NCBI RefSeq assembly: GCF_009834535.1
Contig: NC_045696.1
Span: 50,160,001-50,224,000 of the forward strand
DNA from: Camelus ferus
Taxonomy: Eukaryota
Direction of reading: 5' to 3'
DNA length: 64,000 bases
Shown: positions 1-11,891 of the stretch, piece by piece
Position numbering within the stretch: position 1 is the stretch's first letter
Layout: every line of letters starts with the position of its first letter
The notes under the pieces: generated by a model
The model's input: the letters and a program-made list of their open reading frames with translations, nothing else
Database searches by the model: none
Told to the model about the DNA's origin: nothing
Translations under genes and position numbers: made by a program

Positions 1-840
1 AACCAAAGCAGGAAAATTCCCAATACCACCTTAGAAGGATATTTCAAGAGGAGACAATGAAAGACTTTCTATCATACCTCCAAAATTTATTTACCAAAAC
101 CATGGCCCTTAAATACCGTTTCAGAGTACATTTTTCTCCTCAACTCACGCTCAATTTATTAAGTACTCCGTGGTACAGAAAGAAAATTTTTCTTTGACAC
201 TTTCCCTGTTATGTTTGTTTTCATTACTTCATGAAAGGAAAATCCACACCCAGTTCAAAGACAATTTCTAAGTAATTCATTTGACTGTTGGAAAGCCAGC
301 AGGGATGATCTAGAGAAATATGACAGTTCCTGCTTGCCAGGATATCATAAGCCTTCATACTATAAAAGGCAGTTCCCGCATTTCTACAGTACAAGGAAAT
401 CTGTGATAAATGAGAGGCAAAGACCTCAAATGGCATAAAAATGAACAGAAAAGACAAACCACTTCCACTAGGGTAAACACAGAAGGCTTCACTGAGAACT
501 AGGAAATGAGCTGGGCTTGACAGGACAGGTAGTATTTTGATAGGTGGACACAGATAAATGGGTGCTAGAAGAACCATGGTGAAGACATGAAACGGCTAGT
601 TGGACGGTTAGGCTGGAATTGAGAGGTTCTATGTGGAATCCAGAAACAATTCAGAAAGGTAGATGTGGATGGACTGTGAAAAGCCTTGAATTCTGGTCAA
701 CAAATGTGAGCCCAATAGTGTAGGCACTGGGGATGCTCTGCAGAGGACTCAGTGAAAAAGCGGCATTATGGAAGAAGTTTATTAGGCAAATTAAGTATAC
801 TAGGAAGATTTTGGGCTGAAATGAACCAAAAGTGAGGAAA

Positions 841-2800
841 CATTAAGTCCTAGCCACAGTAATCAGACAAGAAAAATAAATAAAAGGGATCCAAATTGGA
901 AAGGAAGAAGTAAAGCTGTCACTATTTGCAAATAACATGACACTACTCATACAATATCATAAAGATGCCACAAAAAACTACTGAAGCTCATTAATGAATT
1001 CTGTAAAGTTGCAAGACAAAAACTTAGTATACTGAAATCTATTGTAGTTCTATACACTAACAACAAACTCAGAAAGAGAAATTAAGAAAATAATCCCATT
1101 TACAATGGTATTAAAGAGAATAAAATACCTAGGAATAAATCTACCTAAGGCAATAAAAGACCTGTGCTTAGAATTATAAAACACTGATGAAAGAAACTGA
1201 AGGTGACACTAGCAGATAGAAAGATACACTGTGTTCTTGAATTGGAGGAATTAATATTGTTAAAATGACCATTCTACCCAAGGCAATCTACAGATTCAAT
1301 ACATTCCTTATCAAAACACCAACGGCATTTTCCACAGAAATAGAACAAATAATTTAAAATTTTCTATGGAAACACAAAAGACCCTGAGTAACTGAAACAA
1401 TCTTGAGAAGGAAGAATGGAGCTGGAGGAAACACACTCTCTGACTTCAGACTATACCACGAAGCTAAAGTAAGCAAAACAGTATGGTACTGTCACAAAAA
1501 CAAACACATAGACCAATGGAACAGAATAAAGAGACAGAAATAAACTCACACACTTATGGTCAATTAATCTATGACAAAGGAGGCAAAACTATACAGCAGG
1601 GAAAAGATATTCTTTTCAATAGTGATGCTGGGAAAACTGGACAGCTACATGTGAAAGAATGAAATTAGAATATCCTCTAACACATATACAAAAATAAACT
1701 CAAAATGTATTAAAGACCTACATGTGAGACCAGAAACCATAAAACTCCTAGAATAAAACATTTGCAGAACACTGTTTGACATAAATTACAGCAATGTTTT
1801 TTGGACCTGTCTTCTAAGGCAAAGGAAACAAAAGCAAAAACAAACAAATAAGACCTAATAAAACTTAAAAACTTTTGCATAGCAAAGGAACCATTAACAA
1901 AACACAAAGACAACCTACTAAAAGGGAGAAAATATTTGCAAATGATATGACTGAAAAGGACTTAATATCCAAAATATGTAAACAGCTCATACAATTCAAC
2001 AACAACAAAAAACAAACAACCTAATTAAAAAATGAACAGAAGACCTGAATAGATATTTTTCCAAAGAAGACATACAGATAGCCAACAGGCATATGAAAAG
2101 ATGCTCATCATTGCTAATCATCAGGGAAATGCAAACCAAAACCACAGTGAATTATCACCCCACACCTGTCAGAATGGCTACAAATAAATGTTGAATTATC
2201 ACCCCACACCTGTCAGAGAGACTAAAAATAAATGTTGGCGAGGATATGGAGAAAAGAGAACCCCTCTACTCTGTTGGGGGAATGTAAATTTGTGCAGTCA
2301 TTATGGAAACCAGTATGAAAGTTCCTCAAAAAGTTAAAAACAGAACTACCATATGATCCAGAAATTCCAGCCCTAGGTATATATCCAAAGAAAATGAAAA
2401 CACTAATTTGGAAAGATAAATACATCTAAATGTTCATAGCAGCATTATTTATAATAGCCAAGATATGGATGCAACCTAAGTGTCCATCAACAGATGAATG
2501 CATAAAGAAGATGTAGTGTATATATAACAAAGCAGAAACAGACTCATGGATATTAGAGAACAAACTGGTGGTTACCAGTGGGAAGTGGGAAGGAGAAAGG
2601 GGCAAAATAGGGTAGAGGATTAAGAGGTACAAACTACTACATATAAAATAAATAAGCTGCAAGGGTATATTTTACAGCACAGAGAATATAGCCAATATTT
2701 TATCATAACTGTAAATGTTGTATATTATAATTTTGAATCACTCTGTTGTTCAACTGAGACAAATATAATATTGTAAATGAACTATGTCTCAATTTTTAAA
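841..2800 (+). mobile_element. LINE-1, 5'-truncated (decayed ORF2 3' part plus 3' UTR)
   Basis: Typical L1 ORF2 text (gtcctagccacagtaatcagacaagaaaaa...ccaaattggaaaggaagaagtaaa...; acctaagtgtccatcaacagatgaatg) followed by an L1 3' UTR; many stops and frameshifts. Confidence 0.9.
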
Positions 2801-4225
2801 AGTGCAACCATCACCACTATCTAGTTTTGAAATATTTTCATCACCTCAAAAGGAAACTCCATGCTCATTAATCTCCCCCCATTTTACCTTTCTCTCAGCC
2901 CCTGGCAACCATTAATCACTTTCTGTCTCTGTGGTGTTTCTCTTCTGGGTATTTCTGTATAAACAGAATCACACAATATGTGATCTTCTGTGTCCAGCTT
3001 CTTTTGCCTAGTATAGTGTTTTTGAAGTTCATCTATGTTGTATCCTGTACCAGTACTTCATTCTTTTTTATGGGTGAATAATATTGCACTGTATGGATGT
3101 ACCACATTTCCTTTATTTATCAGTTAATAGGCATTTGGGTTGTTTCCACTTTAAGGCTGTTGTGAACAGTGTTTCTGTAAACATTTGTGTACAGGTTTTT
3201 GTGTGGATATATATTTTCATTTCACTTGGGTATTTTCCTAGCAATGGAATTACTGGGGCCTGTGGCAGTAATTCCTTAACCTTTTGAAGACCTGCCAGAC
3301 TGTTTTCCAAAGCATCTGCATCATTTTGCATTCCCATCAGCAATATATAAGGATTTCAATTGTCCATATTCTTGCCAATACCTATCATCTTCCATTAAAA
3401 AGGAAATTCTAGTTTCCCTAGTGGGTGAAGTTGTACTTCATTGTAGCTTAATTTGCATTCCCTTAATAACTAATTATGTTTTTAACATTTTTTCCTGTGT
3501 TTATTAACCATTTATATACATATTTTTGAAGAAATGTCTATTTAACTCCTTTGCACATTTTTAATTGGGTTCTTGTCTGTTTTTGAGCTGCAAGAATTCT
3601 TCATATATTTTGGGTACTAGTCCCTTACCAGATAAATGATTTACAAATATTTTTCACATTCTGGGAGCTGTCTCTTCACTCTCTTGATAGTGTCCTTTAA
3701 AGCACAAACGTTCTTAATTTTCATGAAGTACAATTCACCTATTTATTCTTTTGTTGCTTGTGCTTTTGATATTGTACCAAAAAACTACTGACAAATCCAA
3801 GATCATGAAGATTTACTACTATGTTTTCTTCTAAGGAAACATACTATAATAGTTTAATATAAACATAGATGTTATTGTTTTAGTTTTTATATTTAGATAT
3901 CTGATCTTTTTAAAATTATTTTGTGTATCATGCATGAGGGAGAGTTCCAAATTTATCCTTTGCATGTGGATATCTAATTGTCCCAGCACAATTTACTGAA
4001 GAAAGTATACTTTTCCCTTTGAATGGTCTTGACACTCTTGTTAAAAATCAATTGACCAAAGATGTATGGATTTATTCTGGACTCTGTTTTTTTCCACTGA
4101 TGTATATAACTATTCTTACACCAGTACCACACTGTTTTAATAACTATAGTTTTGTAGTGAGCTTTGAAATAGAGAAACATGAGTCCTCCAACTCTGTTTC
4201 TTTTTCAAGACTTTTTTGTCTATTG
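2801..4225 (-). mobile_element. Older LINE-1 fragment (L1MB-like), antisense
   Basis: Minus-strand ORF fragments (YKTIVIKTVWYWCKN...INPYIFGQLIFNK; PVIPLLGKYP...LFTTALKWKQPKC) are L1 ORF2 C-terminal motifs. Confidence 0.85.
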
Positions 4226-4258
4226 TGGGTCTACTCTTTCCTGCCTCAGTCCAAAGTG

Positions 4259-4300
4259 CACACACACACACACACACACATATGTGTGCATACACACATA
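4259..4300. repeat. (CA)n microsatellite with degenerate CA/TG tail
   Basis: cacacacacacacacacacacatatgtgtgcatacacacata, about 150 nt into BTLA intron 2. Confidence 0.85.
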
Positions 4301-4448
4301 TGTGACCACAAATTACAATCTGTGAGTCATGGTAGCCTTCTGATGTTTTATGTGAGTTCAATGTCTAACATAATCACTTGATAATCTGAGCCCTTTTCTT
4401 GAAATATGATATGAAAAACATTAGGTAGTCTTGGTATCTAAAACTCAC

Positions 4449-4771
4449 TTGTCACATTAATGGTAACTGAGTGGCTTTCAATGAATCCAGACAAAGAGTT
4501 CACTGAACGGCGGTATGACCCATTTTCACTAGCAAGCACCTGATTAAAATGCAAAATAAAAATAGAAATATTCTTCCTTTCTTCTCAACCCATGTATCCC
4601 TGAAGTCTGTCCCCAAGATGTAAACAGCTGTTTCCTTCGAGCTTGCACCAGGCCCCAGCAAGTCTGTTAGCACAGTATTTCACAGGCATTCCAGTTCAAA
4701 TGGATCCCCTGCTGACACAGCACATACAGAATATCTCTTAATGTAAAGTCGTATGTCACATGACTCTTCCC
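4449..4771 (-). pseudogene. BTLA: BTLA exon 2 (Ig domain), disrupted by a frameshift, a nonsense codon and a lost Cys
   Basis: Acceptor ttttgtttttatctctcag|GG and donor ACA A|gtgagt are intact. Reads EESCDIRLYIKRYSVCAVSAGDPFELEC-[1 nt missing]-VKYCANRLAGAWCKLEGNSCLHLGDRLQGYMG*EERKNISIFILHFNQVLASENGSYRRSVNSLSGFIESHSVTINVT, recognisably the BTLA Ig domain. Length is 323 nt, not a multiple of 3 for a phase 1-1 exon. Confidence 0.9.
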
Positions 4772-5089
4772 CTGAGAGATAAAAACAAAATTAAAATCAA
4801 ATCTGTTCTGGAAGGACTAAATATTTGCCATTTCAACAGTTTCTGACAAAGATTTCTCAAGTATGATTCTATAATTTTCCCAATAACATTTTCCAGTATA
4901 TTAACCCTTATTAGCAGAGTGTCTGCTAGTGACACATAGTAGGCATATAACAAATATTTGTTGAAAAAAATCAAAATTTCCTCAATTTTCAAAATATTAC
5001 GATTTTCATTATTATAAAATTAGATTTTATTTTATTTTATTATCTTCTAGCTACTCCAATAATAGCAAATAATAACAATTTCTTGTCAA

Positions 5090-5310
5090 TTTCTTATTGT
5101 ATTGTAGGGGCTGTTCAAAACACATTAAATATTTCAAGTTATTTAATTTTCACAACAAAAATAATATATATTATTATGAACCTTGTTTTAGAGATAAGGG
5201 AACTGAGGTAGCAAGAATTTGTCTAAAATGTATATGCTAATAATTAGGAAAATCAAGATTCAAATTTGTATGAGTTCATTACTCTATAATTCATTAACCA
5301 TTACTCTGTT
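5090..5310 (-). mobile_element. MIR SINE remnant
   Basis: MIR-core-like ttatttaattttcacaac...ttttagagataaggggaactgagg. Confidence 0.55.
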
Positions 5311-7763
5311 GTTGTTTCTTGAGCAGTAATCACATTTTCTATTACTAGCTCTGGTATATTCCAATAAATGACATTAGGATCTTTTTTTACTTGTTTTTCA
5401 ATGACTTTTAAGATGCCTTGCAATTTTTTCCATGGCTTTTTCTATGTAGGAGACATGCAACTTAAGATAACTTTCTGAAGATAGGATGTTCTGAGATAAC
5501 CTGATTTTTTAATATTTTCCCAAGTGTGAGGGACAGCAGTTATCCACCTCTTTTGGAAGTTATGGCTTCTGGCCCAACATACAGGAAGCATGCTTTCCTT
5601 TGTTTTGGTGGGGAGAGCTTTTTCCTGGAAATGGATTTTTCTATTATCTCCTCTGAACCTTCTGTTAGTAATCATTATTTGTATATAAAATCTGCAGGAA
5701 AAAAAAAAAATCTGCAGCCAAGAAAAAATTTTAAATTATCTGTATTATTGAATAAATTTTGTTACTCTTAATTTATTATGAAATTTTGTACCTGGTAACC
5801 TCAGCACCTGAAGTATAACCTCAGCATCCAAGATACATGAAAAAGAAATTTTCTCTGAGCAAACAAAATAGCTATGGCAAGATCCAAAATGTATCTCATT
5901 TTTGTACACAATTCTTACAATTCCATTATCATTTCCTAATTACCCAGGGCATAAGTATGTTATGTAATAAAGACTAATAACTATGTTTATAATGATAAGA
6001 TTGAATCAACAATACAATTCTAAATGATGTTTAAATACCGTCTATTTTTAGATGTAAAGAAGTGTTCAATCTGTTTTACTAAGAATTTCATCATAAATGG
6101 TTACTCAAAAAATATGTAGCCTACAAAGGGGCACACTTCAATTATTTAGAATGTACATTTATATGGAAGTATTCACTCTGTGATAATTGCTGGACTCTAT
6201 TGTCTCTTTCGAGACTCATGCTATATAAGGAGCATGAGAAATGGCACCAATTCATAACCACTACTTAGTCTTTTTGCATCAGTTACATCACGAGTGTATA
6301 TAAATCATGATTATTCTACTATGGGACTGACTCCCTATGATGGTGAAACTAAAATAGGCCAACTAAAATTAGATCTAACTAAAATAGGCAATGATTCCTT
6401 TTAGTTAAGCACTGTGTAGTGATTTGTATCTTCTTATTTTTTCCAGCAGAATTAGCTTTAGCTAAACACATGGTCTACAGGATGTTTTCTCTCTGACCTT
6501 TTCCTACAACCTTACAGGTCTTTCTTGGCTCTGTCTCTGCCTGTTTTGAACACTCTCTCTGTGATATATCCAATCCGTCTAATTTCTTTCAATAATTGTA
6601 AATTATTAGATTTTTAATAGATTAATAGTATCATAGGTTATAATGACATAAGCATAACTGAGATTATAGCCAAAATTCTTTTTTAAAGACAAAGGGTTAA
6701 GGACTAGTCAGACGTGGAACTGGGGAACAACTTTTGGTCCTGCATTCCACATACTGCTTTACCAAGCATAATGTTCTACTTCATTTCTACACCTTGGCCA
6801 GCACAATAATTCTTTTTTAGCTATTTCCTAATATCAAATAAACCTCTTCCTATGATTTATGCTCATATCTCATCAATCGCTGCTCAGAATAATTGAAAAC
6901 TGACTCAGCTTTCAAGAATCAGATCGAGACAAGGAACCTGCAGAGAACTTGTAGAAACCTCTGAATATTTAGATACTTATAACTGCTCGAAGACCTCAAC
7001 AAGTTCACTTTAATATACCCTAATTCAGTTGTTTCCAAAAATTCAGCAAAAATCAAAGCAAACTCGAAGTCAAGTTATGAGGATGAGGTTTTTAAAAACT
7101 TGAAGTGAAAGGGTAAGATAATTTACTGAAAGGAAATCTCTAACAATGTAACATCTGGGTGTGTTTAGACTTACAACAAAAAAAAGCAAGGAGGCCAGAG
7201 GAGAAAGACCAAGTGAAACCCTTGTTTCCAGAAGTCTGTTCTTCTCCTTAAAGTTAATAAATACCTCAGCCTCCTAACTTCCCTATTCATTTTCTTGGAT
7301 AAAATCAATCATAACTTATGGAGCCTACAACTCTGTGCCAGCATTGTGACAAACTAGAGCGTTATAGGCAAAGAACTTTTTGATCTCAAGGAGCTTATCA
7401 TTTAATTGGTGAGACAAGATTAATGAACAAGGTCACTTTTCTGAAATAAACTTACTATCTACCACTCCTTTTTTTACCTTCAAGTATATATGAGCTGAAA
7501 AGGAAGGTTCAGAGGGACCTTGTATGCTGGATGTAAGGTGGTATAGGAATAGATAAGACAAGGTACCTTTCTTGAAAGGGCTTGCCTTCTAATGGAAATA
7601 GAGAGGCTTAACAAGTAGGAGAATGAAATAACACTAGAATAAGGGGCAGACTTTGCTTGGTGTGCAGAGGAATTGTAATAGTGAAGAACAAATGTGATTC
7701 CACATTAGCTCTGTTCCTTTAGCTCTAACCCTATTCCAGTACTTAGTCATGCTGGTTCTGCAT

Positions 7764-8188
7764 TTTTTGTAAAAGAATGTTGCATATAGCCTGAAATATA
7801 CAAGGTAGCCTATTTTCAAGGCTCTGACCTTTAAAGGTATAACACTTTCCCTTTCATATAAAGATTAAAAAAAAGTTGCAGAATATAAAATAACATTTGT
7901 CTTGTTGGAGGTTTACAGGAACATCATGACCTGACCTACGTGGACAGCTGCAAGAACAAAGGATCCTGACACTAAGAAGTTTGCAACACTAACCACACCC
8001 CCTCCCCCTTTTCAGTTTAAAAGGAGCCTAAATTCTGACTTGGGGAAATGGTTCTCCAGGGCATTAGTGTGCCATTTTCTCAGTCTGTCGGCTTTCTGAA
8101 TCAAATCGTTATTACTTGCCCCAACACCTCATCTCCCATTTTATTGGCCTGTAGTACAGCAAGCAAAATGAGTTTGGACTCGGTAACA
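7764..8188 (+). mobile_element. Solo LTR (ERV1-like), copy A
   Basis: Ends in ...ggactcggtaaca and is flanked by a 4-bp direct repeat GCAT (7760-7763, 8189-8192). Its 3' half is similar to the LTR at 8869-9386. Confidence 0.7.
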
Positions 8189-8868
8189 GCATAACTTCAA
8201 CTGGGACTATAGGGGCAAGGCTGAATGAAAAGGTCATATATGAGCTAAACCTTAGTGAATGAGAAGCTCTTTGATAACCAGAGCAGTGAATAGAACAGAG
8301 AAGGTATTCTAAGACTGGGGAAACAGAAGGGCAAAGGCAGACTGGCCAGGAATCTCCAGGAAGATTTAGGGAATTGATACACACTTGGATCATGGTTTTC
8401 TGAAAATAATGACACTAGTTGTTTCAGAATAAATGGAATAAGCATTGGGTAGAAGAAGTGTAAACTTTGTTATCCACCATGAGAAAATACAGAGTCTGAG
8501 TCTTTTGGTATATTTATAAAGGGTATGTAAATAACTGAAAATGAGAATCTGCATTTGAACATGGTTCTTCAAATGCTAAAAGACTGTGTGATGTTGAGAC
8601 AGCCACCCAGTCTCACTGGCCCTCAGTTTCTTTAAAATAAGATGCAAGGATTGACTACAAAAATAGGAAAAGTCTTAGCCACTATCCTCTCTTACATACA
8701 AACACATACGCAACTCCATCTCCCTCAGCGTATGTCTGACACTTCTAAGTCTCTCGTTCTATTACAGTATGTTACCTTTCTATTTAGCCATTGGGCTGTC
8801 ATCCAATGCTAGTAGCACTATTGAAGATCCCTTCTAGTTCCCTCATTCCATGACTATATGCTGGGGAG

Positions 8869-9386
8869 TGTAATAGGGAACAAATCTGACTCCATATTGG
8901 ATCTACTTCTTTTACTTTAACCTTTGTATCTATTGCTTCTGCTACAAGTTAACCATTAAAGTGATGTTGCTTATAGCTTAAGGTGTACATAATGGCCCAT
9001 CTCCTGGAACCCCTGCCTCCCATGCCTGAGTGTTAAGCTAAAATACCTTTGTTTAAACTCACAGGAAACATCTTGACCAGACCTACCCGTGAATGGCTGC
9101 AGGAAAGAAGACATTAATACATCCCTTTCAGAGTCTAGTCAGAGCCAGGAAATATTTTTAAAGACGTATTTCCTTTTTTGACTTTACCTCCTCACCTCCC
9201 CTTCATTGTTCTGAAAAAGAAACTAGCATCCAAACCCCAGGCAAAATGGTTCTCTGGAACACTAGTCCATCATCTTCTCCGTCTTCTGGCTTTCTGAATA
9301 AAGTTGCTATTCGTTGTCTCAACAATTCCTCTCTTGATTTATTGGCCTGTTGTGTGAAAAGAAGTATGAGCTTGGGCTCGGTAATA
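8869..9386 (+). mobile_element. Solo LTR (ERV1-like), copy B
   Basis: Starts tgtaatagggaacaaatctgactccat, has an internal AATAAA (about 9297), ends gggctcggtaata, and is flanked by a 4-bp TSD GGAG (8865-8868, 9387-9390). Confidence 0.8.
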
Positions 9387-11615
9387 GGAGTGCACAAAGT
9401 GGATCAGGAGTGGAGAAGAGCTAGCTGTTAGTCCTGACCCCGTCAATGACTTGCAGTAGGATAATGGAAACATCACTGCGGTTCTTGCATATTCTTATCA
9501 GCAGAATGAAGATCATTGGCAGTCACACTGACTGACCAGCATAGGATTTTTTCTTGAATGGAGGGAAGAACAGATGGAGGCTTGCCAACTGGCATTAAAT
9601 GTCATTGACAGTACTCATTCTTTGTACAAAGAAATAATTAATACTGCGTATCTCCCTGATACTGAAACTGATGTTTGTAGAGCAGGACTGATACACTAAG
9701 CTAAATGACATAATTCTAACTTTCCATTTGAGAAGCATGTTGACACTTTTTTGCTGCTTGTCCTGAAGTATGTAAAATCATCTGTGACACTCAGGATATC
9801 CAAAGCTGTCCCCAAGGGTTTGTCTCATAAAACAAACATTTTCTGAAGAGGAACGAAGATCTCAGCCGCTTTTGGCTGGGATTTATCAGTCAATGTTAAT
9901 TATTGTTATTACTGCTATTTTTCTCAAACATTCATATCTAATGGTAGGGAATTTTCAATGCTAAAAATAATTAAAATAAATGCATGCAGTGAATGATGCA
10001 CTCTCTACCATCCTCAGGCTCTCATATGAAGTATCCCTTTTTAAGTCACTGTAGGTTTTTAAAAATTCTTATGAACACCACTACTGAATTATGAGAGTAT
10101 GTACATTCCATGACTAGGGTGTACTTAGCATAGTTGATGCCCAGAGTGCATCATTTTTAACAATCCCTTTTTCTATATGGAAAAATATTCGGAAGTAATC
10201 ATTAAATGAAACAAATAATAAAATGGTCTAAAAAGAAACATAGACAGTGAATATTTTCTCTCATTAAACTTCAAGCATAAAATGATGCAAGTTAAAAAAA
10301 TATTTGAAAAATAATAATAGAATACAAAAAGGAAAAATGTGCAGATATTTAATAATTTTATATCCACCTAAATAGCATAAACTTCAATTCTTTAGTTATA
10401 GCCTAATACTTAAGTTTATATAATTTTCCAGTAATTAATAAGTGAATGTTACTAAAATGGAAATTCTCTAAAAGATACAATTTAGACAACTACCAAATTG
10501 TACCACTAAGGTAAAGTTTAATTTTCTTAATTCATTCTTTAAATTTAAAACATTGCTTTATAGAGAAAAATACATCTCAATTGTAAAGATATTAATAAAA
10601 CATTTCATATATAAATTTTAGTTCATGAATGAAAAAAAGTTGTGCCTCCCAGTTTGTACTTTGCTTTACTTTTTAAAATTTTAAACAAATAAATATTCAA
10701 AATGATTGCATAGAATGAAAGAAATGAAACCACTCATATTCTGTTTCTGTATCTCTATAATCACTGTGGTATTACTGTTCATTTAAAATCTACTGTGTAA
10801 ATGCAGCAATAAGTAGTACCACAGGGGTTGGAGACACAAACTACTTGAAGCAAGTTCAAATGATTCTGAACATTATGAATTTACTTTTGAAGTAAATACA
10901 TGTAGCTGAACTTGTATGTGTTCAGGGGCAGCTCTCTAACCGGGATGTTCTCTGAGATAACTTTTACGTAGATGTGATGTTTATGAAAGGGGAAGTACTG
11001 AAAATGTACTAATTTGAAACTTACACACATATTATTCAAACTCAGGAGTAACCAGAGTAATTATTTAGAACTTAGACCAAAAATTTTTTGGGGGGGAGGG
11101 GATATTTTATCACTGATATTGTTCAGAATTACTGGCATATTGTGGTCATTAAAAGTAGACCAAATTTTTTTGCTTTAAAACTCTATACAGAGAAGGCACC
11201 CACTTACTGCCCACACCCAGGGGTGTGGACATCCCACTGTTCATGACTATTTAGTAATAGGACAGTTTCTAGTGCAAAGGGGATGCAGAAAGAGCTCACT
11301 TGTCTCTTCAGCTTTCTCATCAGATTTTTTTTAAATATAATTATCTTGAACAAGATACAATCTCTTAGAGTTTTCAGATCTCTGAGAGAGAGAGAGAGCC
11401 CTTCTGGCTGGGTAATCAAGAAAGGCTTCAAGGAGGAGCTTGAATTTTCTTCTGTTTCAAATCCCACCCCAGCACTAATCGGGTCCTCCTCCCATTACCA
11501 CAGTATAATACTGTCATCTACCTAATCACGTGGGCCAGAACCTGGGTCCCATCTTGGTCTCACTCCATTTCATCAGTTACCAGGTTAAGTTAACTCAGCA
11601 TCCAAAATATCTTTC

Positions 11616-11891
11616 TTTTTGTTTGTTTGTTTGGTTTTTTTTGTTGTTGTTTGCTTTTGTTTATTTTTTTAACATTTTTTATTAAGTTATAGTCATTTTA
11701 CAATGTTGTGTCAAATTCCAATGTACAGCACACTTTTTCTGTTATACATGAACATACATATATTCATTGTCACATTTTTTTTTCACTGTGAGCTACCACA
11801 AGATCTTGCATATATTTCCCTGTGCTATACAGTATAATCTTGTTTATCTGTTCTGCATATGCCTGTCATTATCTACAAATTTTGAAATCTT
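11616..11891 (-). mobile_element. Short camelid-type L1 3' end with A-rich tail, inserted in an L2 remnant
   Basis: Reverse complement matches the 3' UTR of the young L1 at about 39980-40190. 10-bp TSD aatatctttc at 11606-11615 and 11892-11901. Confidence 0.85.

Noticed and set aside
224..577. Hydrophobic 117-aa minus-strand ORF as the BTLA transmembrane exon 3
   Set aside because: No resemblance to the expected ...RPWLLY..LPLGGLPLLI...RRHQG exon. Exon 3 probably lies left of the window.
4680..4690. Explaining the BTLA disruption purely as a homopolymer sequencing error
   Set aside because: That could explain the 1-bp deletion but not the separate nonsense and Cys->Arg substitutions. Read-level confirmation is still needed.
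7764..9386. A single mini-provirus with paired LTRs
   Set aside because: The LTRs differ in their 5' halves, each has its own TSD, and the spacer shows no evident PBS, PPT or gag/pol sequence.
11204..11467. Minus-strand ORF ending at a strong GTAAGTG donor-like site as an alternative BTLA exon
   Set aside because: No recognisable protein similarity and no acceptor I could support. Isolated donor motifs are common.
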